NCBI GenBank assembly: GCA_000004695.1
Contig: CM000151.3
Span: forward strand, 4,160,001 to 4,224,000
Direction of reading: 5' to 3'
Length of the DNA: 64,000 nucleotides
Source of the DNA: Dictyostelium discoideum
Lineage: Eukaryota
Made by a program: the position numbers and the translations under genes. This document shows positions 33,413-47,170 of this stretch, piece by piece (position 1 is the first letter of the stretch; each line of letters starts with the position of its first letter). The notes beneath the pieces were generated by a model. It saw only the letters and a program-made list of their open reading frames with translations. It was not told where the DNA came from and made no database searches.

Positions 33413-34293
33413 TTAATAAATATTATTGGTGGAGAGTAAAAAAAAAAAAATTAAAAAATTAAAAAAAAAACTCTTACCTGAACCACTACCACTTGCACTT
33501 CCACTACCTGATGAGCTACCACTGCCTGATGATGAACCACTGCCTGATGAGCTACCGCTACCACTACCTGATGATGAACCAGATGATGAACCAGATGATG
33601 AACCAGATGATGAACCAGATGATGAACCAGATGATGATGATGATGATGAACCAGATGATGATGATGATGAACCAGATGATGATGTACCAGATGATGAACC
33701 ACATTGTGACCAACCATTACAATCACCATTACTCCAAGTAGTCCAAGCATCATAACCTTGAGCATTTAAGACAGCAAGAGCACATTGTGCATTGATATCT
33801 GGGTTGAATAAATCACTTGGGGTTGAACAAGCAGTACATAATTCCCCGCAATGTTCAGTTAAGATTTGCCATAAACCTGAAGCACTTGATGGATTATAAG
33901 CTTCTACAATTTTTTCAATTTTATAATTATTATTGTATTTTTAGTTAGTAAAAAAATAAAAAAAAAATAAAAAAAAAAAGTGGAAAATAAAAAAAAAAAA
34001 AAATTGGTAACCAAAAAAAATAAAAAAATAAAAACATACGTGGATTCCAGCTTGATTCATAATAACTGATACACTATTTTTCATTTAATTTTAAAATAAT
34101 AATAATTAATAATTAATAAATAATTCATTTAAAAAAAAAAAAAAAAAATAATAATACATACAATCATATTAGTGGCGGTGCTACCTGAAAAGTATTGACC
34201 TGCTAATGATTGCATTTGTGAACATGATAAGGCTTGACCATTTGCGATGGCAACGGCAACAGCCATTAAAGCAGCGACAGATTTGAAGAACAT
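33413..34293 (-). CDS. Secreted lytic-transglycosylase/goose-lysozyme-like (SLT, GH23-type) domain protein. It has a signal peptide, a long Ser/Gly-rich linker and a hydrophobic C-terminal tail. It has three exons on the minus strand: join(34293..34162, 34073..34040, 33903..33413). The 3' end is uncertain.
   Basis: Exon 1 gives '[44 protein letters not shown]' and ends at a GTATGT donor. Exon 2 gives '[11 protein letters not shown]' and also ends at a GTATGT donor. Exon 3 gives '[78 protein letters not shown](S/G)n...[23 protein letters not shown]'. The segment '[20 protein letters not shown]...[11 protein letters not shown]' fits the SLT consensus E-S-x-(F/W)-N-P-x-A-...-G-L-(M/W)-Q and the AYNAG-like motif. 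Exon phases were checked and total 657 nt. A GTAAGA at 33479-74 could instead be a donor to an unseen terminal exon. Confidence 0.55.
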
Positions 34294-34783
34294 TTTATTT
34301 ATTTATATATTATTAGAATTTAGATAATAGGAAAAAGAAAAAGAAAAAAAAAAAAAAAAAAAAAATTTATAAAAAAAAAACACAAGGACTAAAAAAAAAA
34401 ATAAAATTTAAAAAAAAATTATTTTAAAAAAAAAAAATTAAAAAAAATCTAATAACGAAGTATTTTTGGAAAATATCCAACTCTTTTTTTTTTTTTTTTA
34501 ATGGGATCATTATGATTAAAAAAACTTTTTTTACTATTTTTTATTTTTAAAATAAAATACAAATTTGCCTGGTAAAATGAAAATTCATATTTTGGGATTT
34601 TTTAGATCATTATCATATGGTAATAGACTTCCTGGTCGGCCTGATCAAAAATAAATAAAGATATTTTTGAAGATGCAAAGGATAATTTTATAAAAAAAAA
34701 AATAAAAAAAAAAAAAAATAAAGGATTTTATTTTAATTTAATTATATTAAACATAATAAAGAAAAATGATCGCTTTTGAGAAG

Positions 34784-34826
<43 letters not shown>

Positions 34827-34835
34827 GTATTTTGG

Positions 34836-34866
<31 letters not shown>

Positions 34867-35121
34867 ATATTGCGCAAATATATGTTTAAATAGAGAATTT
34901 TTTTGTTTTAATTAAGAACTTTTTTTTTTTTTTTTATTACATTTTATTTTTTATTTTTTATTTTTTTTTTTTTGTTAAAGTATTATTATTATTGGTGATC
35001 ATTTTATTTTTTGAGAAAAAAAAAAAAATATATATATAAAAAAAAAAATTTTTTTTAAACGTAAGAAACTATTTTTTTTTTTTTTTTTTTTTTTTTATGA
35101 TCTAATATTATTATTATTATT

Positions 35122-35378
35122 TTATTGTTTTTCAAACATAAAAGCTAAAGTTCTTCTTTTTGATTTCATGTATGGGTAAATAACATCTTGATGTGGGTGA
35201 TGTGGGACGATGAAATTCTTTAAACCATAAAAAACAACGAAAACGCTGGCATAGTTGATGAAAACAGCGGTTGGGTCACCTTTGAATGGGTTGAGATTTT
35301 CTATGAAATTGATAAATTATTGAGTTTTTATTAATTATAAATTGATATTAATTGTGCATTATAAAGAAAAGAGAGGAG

Positions 35379-35413
<35 letters not shown>

Positions 35414-35749
35414 GTTAGTGATATTATTAAATAAAAAAAAAAAAAAAAAAAAAATTATCTCCAAAGATTATGTTGTACAAAAAGTAATTATTTATTATCA
35501 TTCTTGAAATTTTTTATTTTTAATATGCAACCTGAAATTCGTTCTTTTATCATTGTGGTTTTTTATTTTTTTATTATTTTTTTTTTTTATTATTTTTATT
35601 TCTTTTTTTTTTTATTTTTTTTTTCCAAAAAAAAATAAAAAAAAATAATAAAAAAATAAACAAATTGAATTAAATAAATAAATTAATTAAAACATACCAA
35701 GGGCGAGTGTAATGAGTGATTTATTTTGAACGTGTTTGAATGCTAACAT
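35122..35749 (-). CDS. Small hypothetical protein of 76 aa with a probable single TM helix. It has two exons on the minus strand: join(35749..35698, 35300..35122).
   Basis: Exon 1 reads 'MLAFKHVQNKSLITLALG' and ends at a GTATGT donor. The acceptor TTTCATAG precedes exon 2, which reads 'ENLNPFKGDPTAVFINYASVFVVFYGLKNFIVPHHPHQDVIYPYMKSKRRTLAFMFEKQ*'. The phase was checked: 52 plus 179 nt gives 77 codons. Confidence 0.4.
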
Positions 35750-36166
35750 TTTTGGGTATATGTAAATCTTATATGAAATGAAAAAAAAATGAAAAAATTT
35801 TAAAAAACAAAAAAAAAAAAAAAAAAAAAAAAATTAAAAAAAAAAAATTAAAATAAAATAAAATAAAATTTTTTTTTTGAATTTTTTTGAACTTCGAATC
35901 TATCAAATTCAACAAAGTTTTAAGAAATTTCACCAAAAAAAAAATTGAATAAATAATTTTATTTATTTATTTTATACATTTTATTTTTTTCATTCATTTT
36001 GTTTTTTTTTTTTTTTTCCAGGCTAAAATAATTATTTAAATTTATAATTATCTTATTTTTTTTTTTTTATTATTTTTTTTTTTTATTGAATTTTGAATAA
36101 TTAATGATTATTAATTATTAAAAATAGTGTATTGTAAAAAAAAAAAAATCACAATTATTATTATTA

Positions 36167-36197
<31 letters not shown>

Positions 36198-36880
36198 AGA
36201 AAAAAAAAAAAAAATCAAGCATGTGTAAGTTGTGAATTAATTAATAATTATGATATTATCAATATCTTCCCAGCAGAGGCTGGTATCTAATAGTATTTAA
36301 TTAAGTGTTTGAAAAATTCATTGTAAATTGTCCCATTTTTTTTCAATTTTTTTTTTTTTTTTGGCTTGGTGCCAAGTTGGGCACATTTTGAAAAAAAAAA
36401 GGAAAAAAATAAAAAAAAAAAAAAAAATTTAAACATATGCAGGTTTGATTATGAAAGATCACATATTTTACAAATAATTTTTTTTTATTTTTTTTAATTT
36501 TTTTTTTTTTAATTTTTTTTTTCATTTTTTTTTTTTTACGTCAATAAAAGGCTTAAAATTTTCTTTTTTTTTTTTTTTTTCATTTTCAAAAAACAAATCA
36601 AAAACACCCCTTCCCCAATTCCACTCAAAGATAGTTTTTAGATATTTTTCTAACAAAATATTTGTTTAATTTCATTACATATAATTTAATTATTATTTAA
36701 TTTTTTAATAAAAAAAGTTTTTCAAAATAAGCAATATCAAAGTCTATTTTTAAATATACTGTAAGTAAAATTTTAATTAAAAAAATGTTTAAAAAAAAAA
36801 TAAAACAAATAAAAAAAATAAAAAAAAATCACGTAGAAAAAAAAAATAAAAGTGTAAATAAGGAATATTTTTTTTCGTTT

Positions 36881-37017
36881 GGAACAAAAAACACCTTATT
36901 CTGGCATTTTTAATTTTTTTTTTTGATTGGTCAAAAAAAACACCTTATTCTGACATTATTTTTATTTTTATTTTTTTTTTTGTTTCGTCCAAAAAAACAC
37001 CTTATACTGACATTTTT
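36881..37017. promoter_or_regulatory. Three direct repeats of a roughly 35-bp motif, with a period of about 50 bp, located 300-430 bp upstream of the MFS transporter ATG. This is a candidate cis-regulatory array.
   Basis: The three copies are 'GGAACAAAAAACACCTTATTCTGGCATTTTT', 'GGTCAAAAAAAACACCTTATTCTGACATTATTTT' and 'CGTCCAAAAAAACACCTTATACTGACATTTTTATTTT'. Confidence 0.5.
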
Positions 37018-37310
37018 ATTTTATTTTATTTTATTTTTTTAATTAAAAATTATATATATAAAAAAAAAAGTGATATTATTTATTTTATTACCTTTTTTTA
37101 AATTTAATTACATATATATCAAAAAATTTACAGTTATAATAGCATTTTCAATTCAATGAATATTATTTATTTCACTATCCCATAAACTATTCACCCACAA
37201 AAAAAAACAAGAACAAAAAAGTAAAAAAGAAGTAAAAAAAAGAAAAAAAAAAACAAAACAAATTTTTAAGAGAAGAAAAAACCAGAAAGTAAAAGAGAAC
37301 CACTGAGCCG

Positions 37311-39299
<1,989 letters not shown>

Positions 39300-39644
39300 G
39301 AAAAAAAAAAAAAAAAAAAAAAAAGAAAAATCTTTATCTAATATAGTGTAATACAAAAATATCTAAAAAAAAAGAAAAAAAAAATATCTGAAAAAAAAAA
39401 AGAAAAAAAAAATAGAAAAAAAAAAAAGAAAAAAAAAATAGAAAAAAAAAAAAAGAAAAAAAAAAAAAATAATAACAAAACCAATTAACCAAAACTTTTT
39501 TTCAAATAAAAAAAACAAACCTTCAAGTAAAAATAAAAAATAAAGATAAAGATTTATAAAAAAAAAAAAAAAATTATTTGTTTTATTTGTTTATTGTAAA
39601 CTTTTTTTTTTTTTTTTCTAAAAATTTTTATTTTATTTTTTTTT

Positions 39645-39688
<44 letters not shown>

Positions 39689-40190
39689 CATTTATTAATT
39701 ATTAAATATATTATTAAATATATTATTAAATGTATTATTTTCATCAAGTTTTTTGGTTATAGTTCAAAAGAAATTTGAACTGCAATCCAAAAACTGCACT
39801 AGAGGAAATAACAGATAAGATGGTTTTATTGGCATCTTAGTGATATACTTGAAGAAATCAAAACCAAAGATGATTTGATAGAATGTCGTAATGATGAATC
39901 ACTTGTTTATTTTTAATAAGTGATGATGAAACGTCATCAAGGAAATGTTCATTAGTTAAAAGTAAGCTTTTTTTTTATAAAATTAATAGATTTTTTTTTG
40001 TAAATTAAACAGATTTTTTTTTTTATGAGTTTACAATTCCACATTAATTATTTTTAAATAGAACAACATTCGTCATCAGTAATAGATTTTTTGTAAAATA
40101 AATAGATTTTTTTTTTTTTTTTTTTTTTTTCAGTTTTTTTTTTTCAGTTTATTAAATTACATTTCTTGTTTTTAATTTATTTTTATTTAT

Positions 40191-40254
<64 letters not shown>

Positions 40255-40276
40255 GTAATAATAATAATAATAAATA

Positions 40277-41101
40277 ATGATTCCAATAAAACATCAAAAT
40301 TTTATAAAAGAAATAATTGAATTATTAAAAAATGATTCAAGATTTGAATGTTTACTAGGGGCAGGATCAATGATTAATGATGAAATGGATGAACATTCTG
40401 ATTTAGACTTAATGTTAGTTGTTAAAAAAGAAGAATTTTCAGAGATTATGCTAAAAAGAAAAGAATTTGCAATTAAATTAAATGGTTATTTATCTGGATT
40501 TACAGGTGAACATGTTGGAGAACCAAGACTTTTAATTTGTTTATATGAAAGGGATAATGAAAATAATCAAAATGATTTATTATTACATGTTGATTTAAAA
40601 TTTATAACATTCGATTCAATGATAAAAGAATTAATCGAAATGCCAGTTGTATTATGGGAGAATGGTGATAATAATAATAATAATAATTCATCAATTAAAG
40701 ATTTAATAAAAAATTCAAATGTAAAATGGCCAAATAAAGAACCACAATGGTTTGAAGATAGAATTTGGATTTGGATTCATTATTGTTTAACAAAAATTCA
40801 AAGAGGTGAATTATTCGAAGCTATTGGTACGTTATCATGGATTAGGGATCAGGTTTTAGGTCCAATGTCAAATCGTAGAATTGGATTAAATCAAAGAGGT
40901 GTTAGAAAATTGGAATTAATTTCTGAACCAATTTCAACATTACTAAAAACAACAATTCCTTCAAATATTGATAAATCTTCATTATATGAATCATGTAATA
41001 ATTGTATTACAATTTATATAAATTTAAGAAATGATTATCCTCCAAATAATATTATTAAAAATATGCCATCAGTTTTAAATAAAATTTTAAATAATATTTA
41101 A
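40277..41101 (+). CDS. Nucleotidyltransferase-fold protein of 274 aa, resembling bacterial aminoglycoside/streptomycin 6-adenylyltransferase (ANT(6)/AadK). It is a single exon.
   Basis: The N-terminal NTase motif reads 'LLGAGSMINDEMDEHSDLDLMLVV' (the GS...D.D pattern). The second acidic strand reads 'LLLHVDLKFITF'. The C-terminal helical region 'WPNKEPQWFEDRIWIWIHYCLTKIQRGELFEAIGTLSWIRDQVLGPMSN' parallels AadK 'EFDDCCNEFWMV..YVVKGLARNEILFAIDHLNEIVRPNLLRMMAW', as recalled from memory. Confidence 0.6.
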   Translation: MIPIKHQNFIKEIIELLKNDSRFECLLGAGSMINDEMDEHSDLDLMLVVKKEEFSEIMLKRKEFAIKLNGYLSGFTGEHVGEPRLLICLYERDNENNQNDLLLHVDLKFITFDSMIKELIEMPVVLWENGDNNNNNNSSIKDLIKNSNVKWPNKEPQWFEDRIWIWIHYCLTKIQRGELFEAIGTLSWIRDQVLGPMSNRRIGLNQRGVRKLELISEPISTLLKTTIPSNIDKSSLYESCNNCITIYINLRNDYPPNNIIKNMPSVLNKILNNI

Positions 41102-41190
41102 AATAAAAAAAAAAAAAAAATAATAATAATAATAATATATAAATTTTTATTTTATTTTTATTTTATTTAATTTTATTTTATTAATTTGTC

Positions 41191-41628
41191 TTAAATAAAA
41201 ATACCTCTAAAACATTTTTTACCACAACCAATTCTATAACAACATTTTTGATTCTCTCCATAAGCTTTACAATCACTATCTTTTGTACATTGGTCAGTTG
41301 GTGAACAATATATTTCAATTCTATTTTTCGGACAATTTAAAGTTGCAGTAGTTAATACAGATTGGACCAAATTTGCTTTATTACTTGGAACATTTGATGA
41401 TGAGGGTTTTACAAATCCAGAACTTGTTGTTGTTGTTGTTGTTGGAGTATTTGTTGGAGTATTTGTTGGAATATTATTTGATGTAGGAATATTCGTCGTA
41501 GTTGTTGTGGTTTGATTTGGATTTGTAAATGTTACAGATGTTACCCCACAAATACTCAAATTTATAAACAAACAATTAATTAAAAACAAAAAAAATAAAA
41601 TTTTAATAAAATTATTTAACATCATCAT
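41191..41628 (-). CDS. Secreted protein of 145 aa with a signal peptide, a Thr/Asn-rich O-glycosylation-like linker and a C-terminal WAP (whey acidic protein, four-disulfide core) domain
   Basis: The sequence is 'MMMLNNFIKILFFLFLINCLFINLSICG...' followed by 'TTTTTTNIPTSNNIPTNTPTNTPTTTTTT' and then 'CPKNRIEIYCSPTDQCTKDSDCKAYGENQKCCYRIGCGKKCF'. The WAP pattern C-P-x6-C-x5-C-x5-C-x6-CC-x3-C-x3-C has eight Cys. Confidence 0.6.
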   Translation of the reverse strand: MMMLNNFIKILFFLFLINCLFINLSICGVTSVTFTNPNQTTTTTTNIPTSNNIPTNTPTNTPTTTTTTSSGFVKPSSSNVPSNKANLVQSVLTTATLNCPKNRIEIYCSPTDQCTKDSDCKAYGENQKCCYRIGCGKKCFRGIFI

Positions 41629-42892
41629 TTTTGAATTTTTTTTTAATTATTTAATTATTTTTTAAAACTATATATTTTGAAAAAATAAAAATTAATTTTT
41701 TTCTTTACTTGTTGTTTTTTTTCTTCTTTAAAAAAAAAAAAAAAAAAAAAAATAAAAATTATTATTATTTATTATTATAATAATTATTATTATTTAATTT
41801 TTTAAGGGTTTGGTCAATTGATGGATAAATAAATAAATATAATAAAAAAACAAAAATGGGTTGTCTTTATATAGAAAAACTATAAAATGTTTTTAAATAA
41901 AATTATAAATATGAAAAATAAAATAAACAAACAAAATAATAATAATAATAATAAAAATAAAAATAATTAAGGATCAGATTGGTTTCATTTATATGTTGAG
42001 TGAGTTAGTGAGAGTGTGTGGGCGGGTTAGTGTGTGTATTTGTGTTTAGGGAGAGAACCAAAACCAAAATAATAAAAATAAATAAAAAAAAAAAAAAGAT
42101 ATTTATGTATGTATAAGTGTGTGGATATGTGTGAAAATCAATTGTACTAACCTATATATACTTGTGTTTAAAGATTTATTTGATTTTTCAATAAAAGATA
42201 TATTCTAGATTAGGATATTTTTTGTTTTTTTTATACTTTTTTGGTATTATTTTATATATCACCCCCAATTTTTATTATTAAAAAAAATAAAACAAAATAA
42301 AATAAAATAAAATAAAATATTTTAAAAGATATATTATAAAAAATATTATATTTCCACCCTAGGGAAAATCAATTAAAAAATGAAAAAATTCAAAAACTGT
42401 GATATCATTACAAAGGTCATTTTTTTATTTTTTAATTTTTTTATATACAAATTAATATTACCTTTAGTAATAAAAATATAATTTGGATCTTTTTTTTTTT
42501 TTTTTTTTTTTTTTGTTTTCATTAAAATAATAAAAATAAAAATTAAATAAAAAGTGGTTATAAAACAATACAATCAATCAGTTTTTGAAATAAAAAATTA
42601 ACACATACAATTAGTAATAGTATAAATACAAAAACCCCACTTAAAAAATTATATTTTATTTTTTTATTTATATATCTTTTAACCACTTTACACGTATACA
42701 CATAATATTTTTTTCATTTTAAATAAAAAAAAAAAAAGAGAAAAATAATAAATGAAAATATTTTCTTTTAATTTAAATAATAATAATTTAAATATTATTT
42801 AAATTTATATTTATTTATTTTTTATATTTATTTATTTTTTATTTATATTTTTTTTTTTTATTTTTTATTTTTTATTTTTTTATTTTATTTTT

Positions 42893-43337
42893 TTATTTAA
42901 ATTGTTCAATATTTAATTTAAATTCAGAAAATAAATCATTTAAAGATAATTTAACTTGTTTATTATCTTCAGGTAAATCACGTTTTCTAACATTTAAAAT
43001 ATTTGTATCAATTTCTTCTTGACCAACTACAATGATATAATTATATTGAGAGACTGTAGCTTCACGAATTTTCTTTGATAATAATTTTGAATCATTTAAA
43101 TCTACATCAACATCATAACCAGCTAAATTAATTTTAGATTGAATTTCTTGAGCAAATTGATTAAATTTATTTGAAACTGGAATTACAATACATTGACGTG
43201 GTGATAACCAAAATGGCCATTTACCAGCAGTATGTTCCATTAAAATTGCCATCATTCTTTCAACTGAACCAAATAAAGCACGATGAATCATAACTGGACG
43301 ATTTAATGAATTATTGTTATTATTATCATTTATTTCT

Positions 43338-43369
<32 letters not shown>

Positions 43370-44989
43370 TAATCCACCAGAATATTCTAAATTAAAACGA
43401 ATTGGTAATTGAAAATCTAATTGAATTGTTGCACATTGATGATTTTTACCATTTGCATCTTTAAGATGAATATCAATTTTTGGACCATAGAAAGCACCAT
43501 CACCATGATTAATTGTCCATTTATCACCACAAAATTCAGTTAAAACTTGAGAGAGTGAAGTTTCAGCTTTTTCCCAAACTGATAATTCACCAAGATAAGA
43601 ATCTGGACGAGTTGATAATTCTAAATGAAAAGTGAAATTAAAGATTGTATAAACATATTTCATAAAGTCTAAACATTGTTTAATCTCTTCACGAATCATA
43701 TCTGGTGTACAAAAGATATGAGCATCATCTTGTTGAAAACGTCTTACCCTAGTGAGACCAGATAGAGAGCCATGGGTTTCATTACGATGTAAAACTCCGA
43801 AATCAGCAATACGCATAGGCAACTCTTTATAACTACGTGCTCTATGAGCATACATTAAACAATGGCCCGGACAATTCATTGGTTTTAAAGAGTATTGAGT
43901 ATGATCACATTCAAATGAAAACATATTATCCTTGTAATTATCCCAATGACCTGAAGTTTCCCAAAGTTTTTGATTATAAATATTTGGTGATATAACTTCT
44001 TGATAACCACGTTTACGATATTCCAAACGTAGGAATTGTAAAAGTTTATTATAAATCTTTGTACCATGTGGTAAAAAGAAACAACTACCAGGACTAAATG
44101 GATGAAAAAAGAAAAGTTCTTGATCTTTACCAATCACTCTATGATCACGTAATGCTGCAATCTTTTGAATCTCTACCCAATTATTCATTTGATCTTTACT
44201 TGGGAATGAAATACCAACAATACGTTGAAGTTCTGAATATTCTTTATTTGGTCCAACAACTGAACTATTTTTAATTAAATCTAATGATACAATTGAATTA
44301 CTTGAATCAATTGTTAAAAAATTATTTTTAAATTTAAATTCACCAAATTTTATAAAACTCTCCTCTTGATCTTGATCTTGGTCTTGTTGATCATTTTTTA
44401 AAATTTCAAATTTATCATTTCTTTTTACAATATATTCCATAATTTTTTTAATTTTATTTATATCATTATCTTTAATAGTTTGATTTTTATCTTTAAAAAA
44501 TATATCAATATAAAATGTACCTTGATTAATGTTATCGGCAGTTTGTGGATTTACTAAATGACCAAAATTAATTAATTCAATTTCTTTATTTTCATTTTTA
44601 AAATATTCCATTGTTGCACGTGCCAATACTAATGAACTTGAATTCCAAAAACAAATTCTTGCATCTGAATGTTCTTCAAAATTTAAAAATTCAATATTAT
44701 AATCTTTACCACTCATTTCAATGATTTCTTTCATTGAAATTAATTTATTACCATTTAATCTTGATAAAATCGATTGTTTACCAATTGTTTTATTAATTTT
44801 ATTAGCAATTGTTAATGGTGTTTGTTTATCTTCAAATTTAAATATTCTACCATCATTTAATTTAATATTACCACCACCACCACTATTATTAATGTTTGTT
44901 GTTGAAAAATATTTATTTATTAAATTAATTTTATTATTATTAAAATTATTAATTTTTTGAATTGATTTTGTTAATTTTAAAAATGACAT
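42893..44989 (-). CDS. thrS: Threonyl-tRNA synthetase of 698 aa, a single exon, with a predicted N-terminal mitochondrial presequence
   Basis: Class II aaRS motifs and ThrRS-specific blocks are present: 'LWETSGHWDNYKDNMF', 'LKPMNCPGHCLMY...SYKELPMRIADFGVLHRNE', 'LSGLTRVRRFQQDDAHIFC', 'QLDFQLPIRFNLEY' and 'RPVMIHRALFGSVERMMAILMEH'. The N-terminus 'MSFLKLTKSIQKINNFNNNKINLINKYFSTT' is basic and hydroxylated and lacks acidic residues. Confidence 0.92.
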
Positions 44990-45167
44990 TTTTTAAAAAT
45001 TTACAAAAAAAAATAATAATAATAATATATGTGTATAAATTATTTTATTTATTTAATTATTTTTAATTATTTTTTTTTTTTTCTGATTTCTTTTTTTTTA
45101 CAATTAACCACTATTATCAATTTGATGGTAATCGTTTTTTTGAAAATAAAAAAAAAAAAAACTTTAA

Positions 45168-45214
<47 letters not shown>

Positions 45215-45324
45215 CACTTTTTTTTTTTTTTCATTTTTTTTTTTTTTTTTTTTTAATTTAGTTTTTCATTTTATTGGTTTTATTTGTTTTTTTTTTTTTT
45301 TTTTTTTTCACTCATTTCACACTA

Positions 45325-47139
45325 ATGTCTGCTCCACAACAACAACATAATATACAACAACAAAATATACAACAAAATATACAACAACAACAACCACAAC
45401 AAAATGTACAACAACCTCAACAAGTAATAGGGCAACCACAACAACAACCTGTATATAAACCTGTAATTCAAATAAATAAGACATTACCACAACAACAACC
45501 ACAACAACAAATACCACAACAACAACAAATTTATAAACAAGCGCCACAACAAATATATAATCAAATTTCACCACCAATTCAACAAAATATAAATTCACCA
45601 ACAATTGTAAATAATACACCACCAACACCAGTAGTAACTACACCAACAACAACAACGACGACAACACAATCAAATTATTCAACAAATAGACCAAATATTA
45701 ATATAAATCCAGCATCACCGATATCTAGTACGACAATAGCATCACCTGTAACTCCTACAGTATTAACATCAACTCCACCAACAACAATAACAACACCAAC
45801 AACAACAACAACTACATCAACACCAACTACTACTTCAACCACAGTAATAACATCAGGTACTGGTCAACCAAGTTTAGGTTCAATAGAATCATCAATCGAG
45901 AGTGTATTAAGAAAGAATAATCTTGTAAATACAACAAACTTTTCACCAGTTCAAAATATTGGTACAACTACACCACCACCATCATCAACTGTTGTTGGAA
46001 TTACATCACCAACTCTTACCCAAACAACTTCTTCACCAATAACTGCAACTTCTATAACTCCAACTATAACTTCAATTCCAACTACCACCACCACCAATAC
46101 AACATCACCAATGTCTATTGGTACACCTTCAAGTACAACACCTGTAGTTTCAAGTGTTTTACCAACTACTCCAACTACTACCTCTGTAACTGCACCAATA
46201 ACAACTACACCACCATCATCATCAGTTACTACAACAACAACAACTATACCAACTACAACAACAGGAAGTAATAATAGTGTTCAAATAACAGGTACAAATC
46301 CAATGGTTTATGATAGTCGTCAAATGGCTAATAATAGTAGTAATATAACCTCAAATCCAACCTCTACTATTAATACTCCAACTACTACTACCACCACCAC
46401 AACAGCAACTTCAAATTCAACAGGCACAATTTTATCAAAACAAAAAAAAGAAAAAGAAAAAGAAAAAGAACGTCGTGAACGTGAAATTCGTGAAAAAGAA
46501 AATAAAGATCAACAAGATAAAGATAAAGGATTAAATAGTGGTGGTGGCGGTGGCGGTGGTATCGGTAATAATAATAACCCAAATAATTCAAATAACCCAA
46601 ATAATTCAAATAATCCAAATAATCCAAATAATATTGAACCTGAAGTATTGGGTAAAAGAAAATTAATTGAATTACTTCAACAAATTTCACCAAATGAAAA
46701 AATGGATGAAGATGCTGAAGATATTTTATCAGTATTGGCAGATGATTTTGTTGAATCAACCGTTGCATTTGCTTGTACATTAGCAAAACATCGTAATAGT
46801 ACAACACTTGAAGTTAAAGATTTACAATGTCATCTCGAAAAGAATTGGAATATTAGAGTGCCTGGTTTTGGTAATGTTGAACAATATAAAACCTTTAAGA
46901 AACCACATTTCCCAGAGAATCATAAACTTAGAGTTGCTGCAATGAAAAAATCAATCGCTCTAACTCAAGCTTCCTCAAGAAAACAACAAATTCGTGAATT
47001 TAAAGAACAACAAAAAGAATTAAAAGAACAACAACAACAAGAAGAATTAAAACAACAATTACAACAAAGTAAAAAACAAAAATTACAATTACAACAACAA
47101 CAATTACAACAACAACAACAACAATTACAACAACAACAG

Positions 47140-47170
<31 letters not shown>

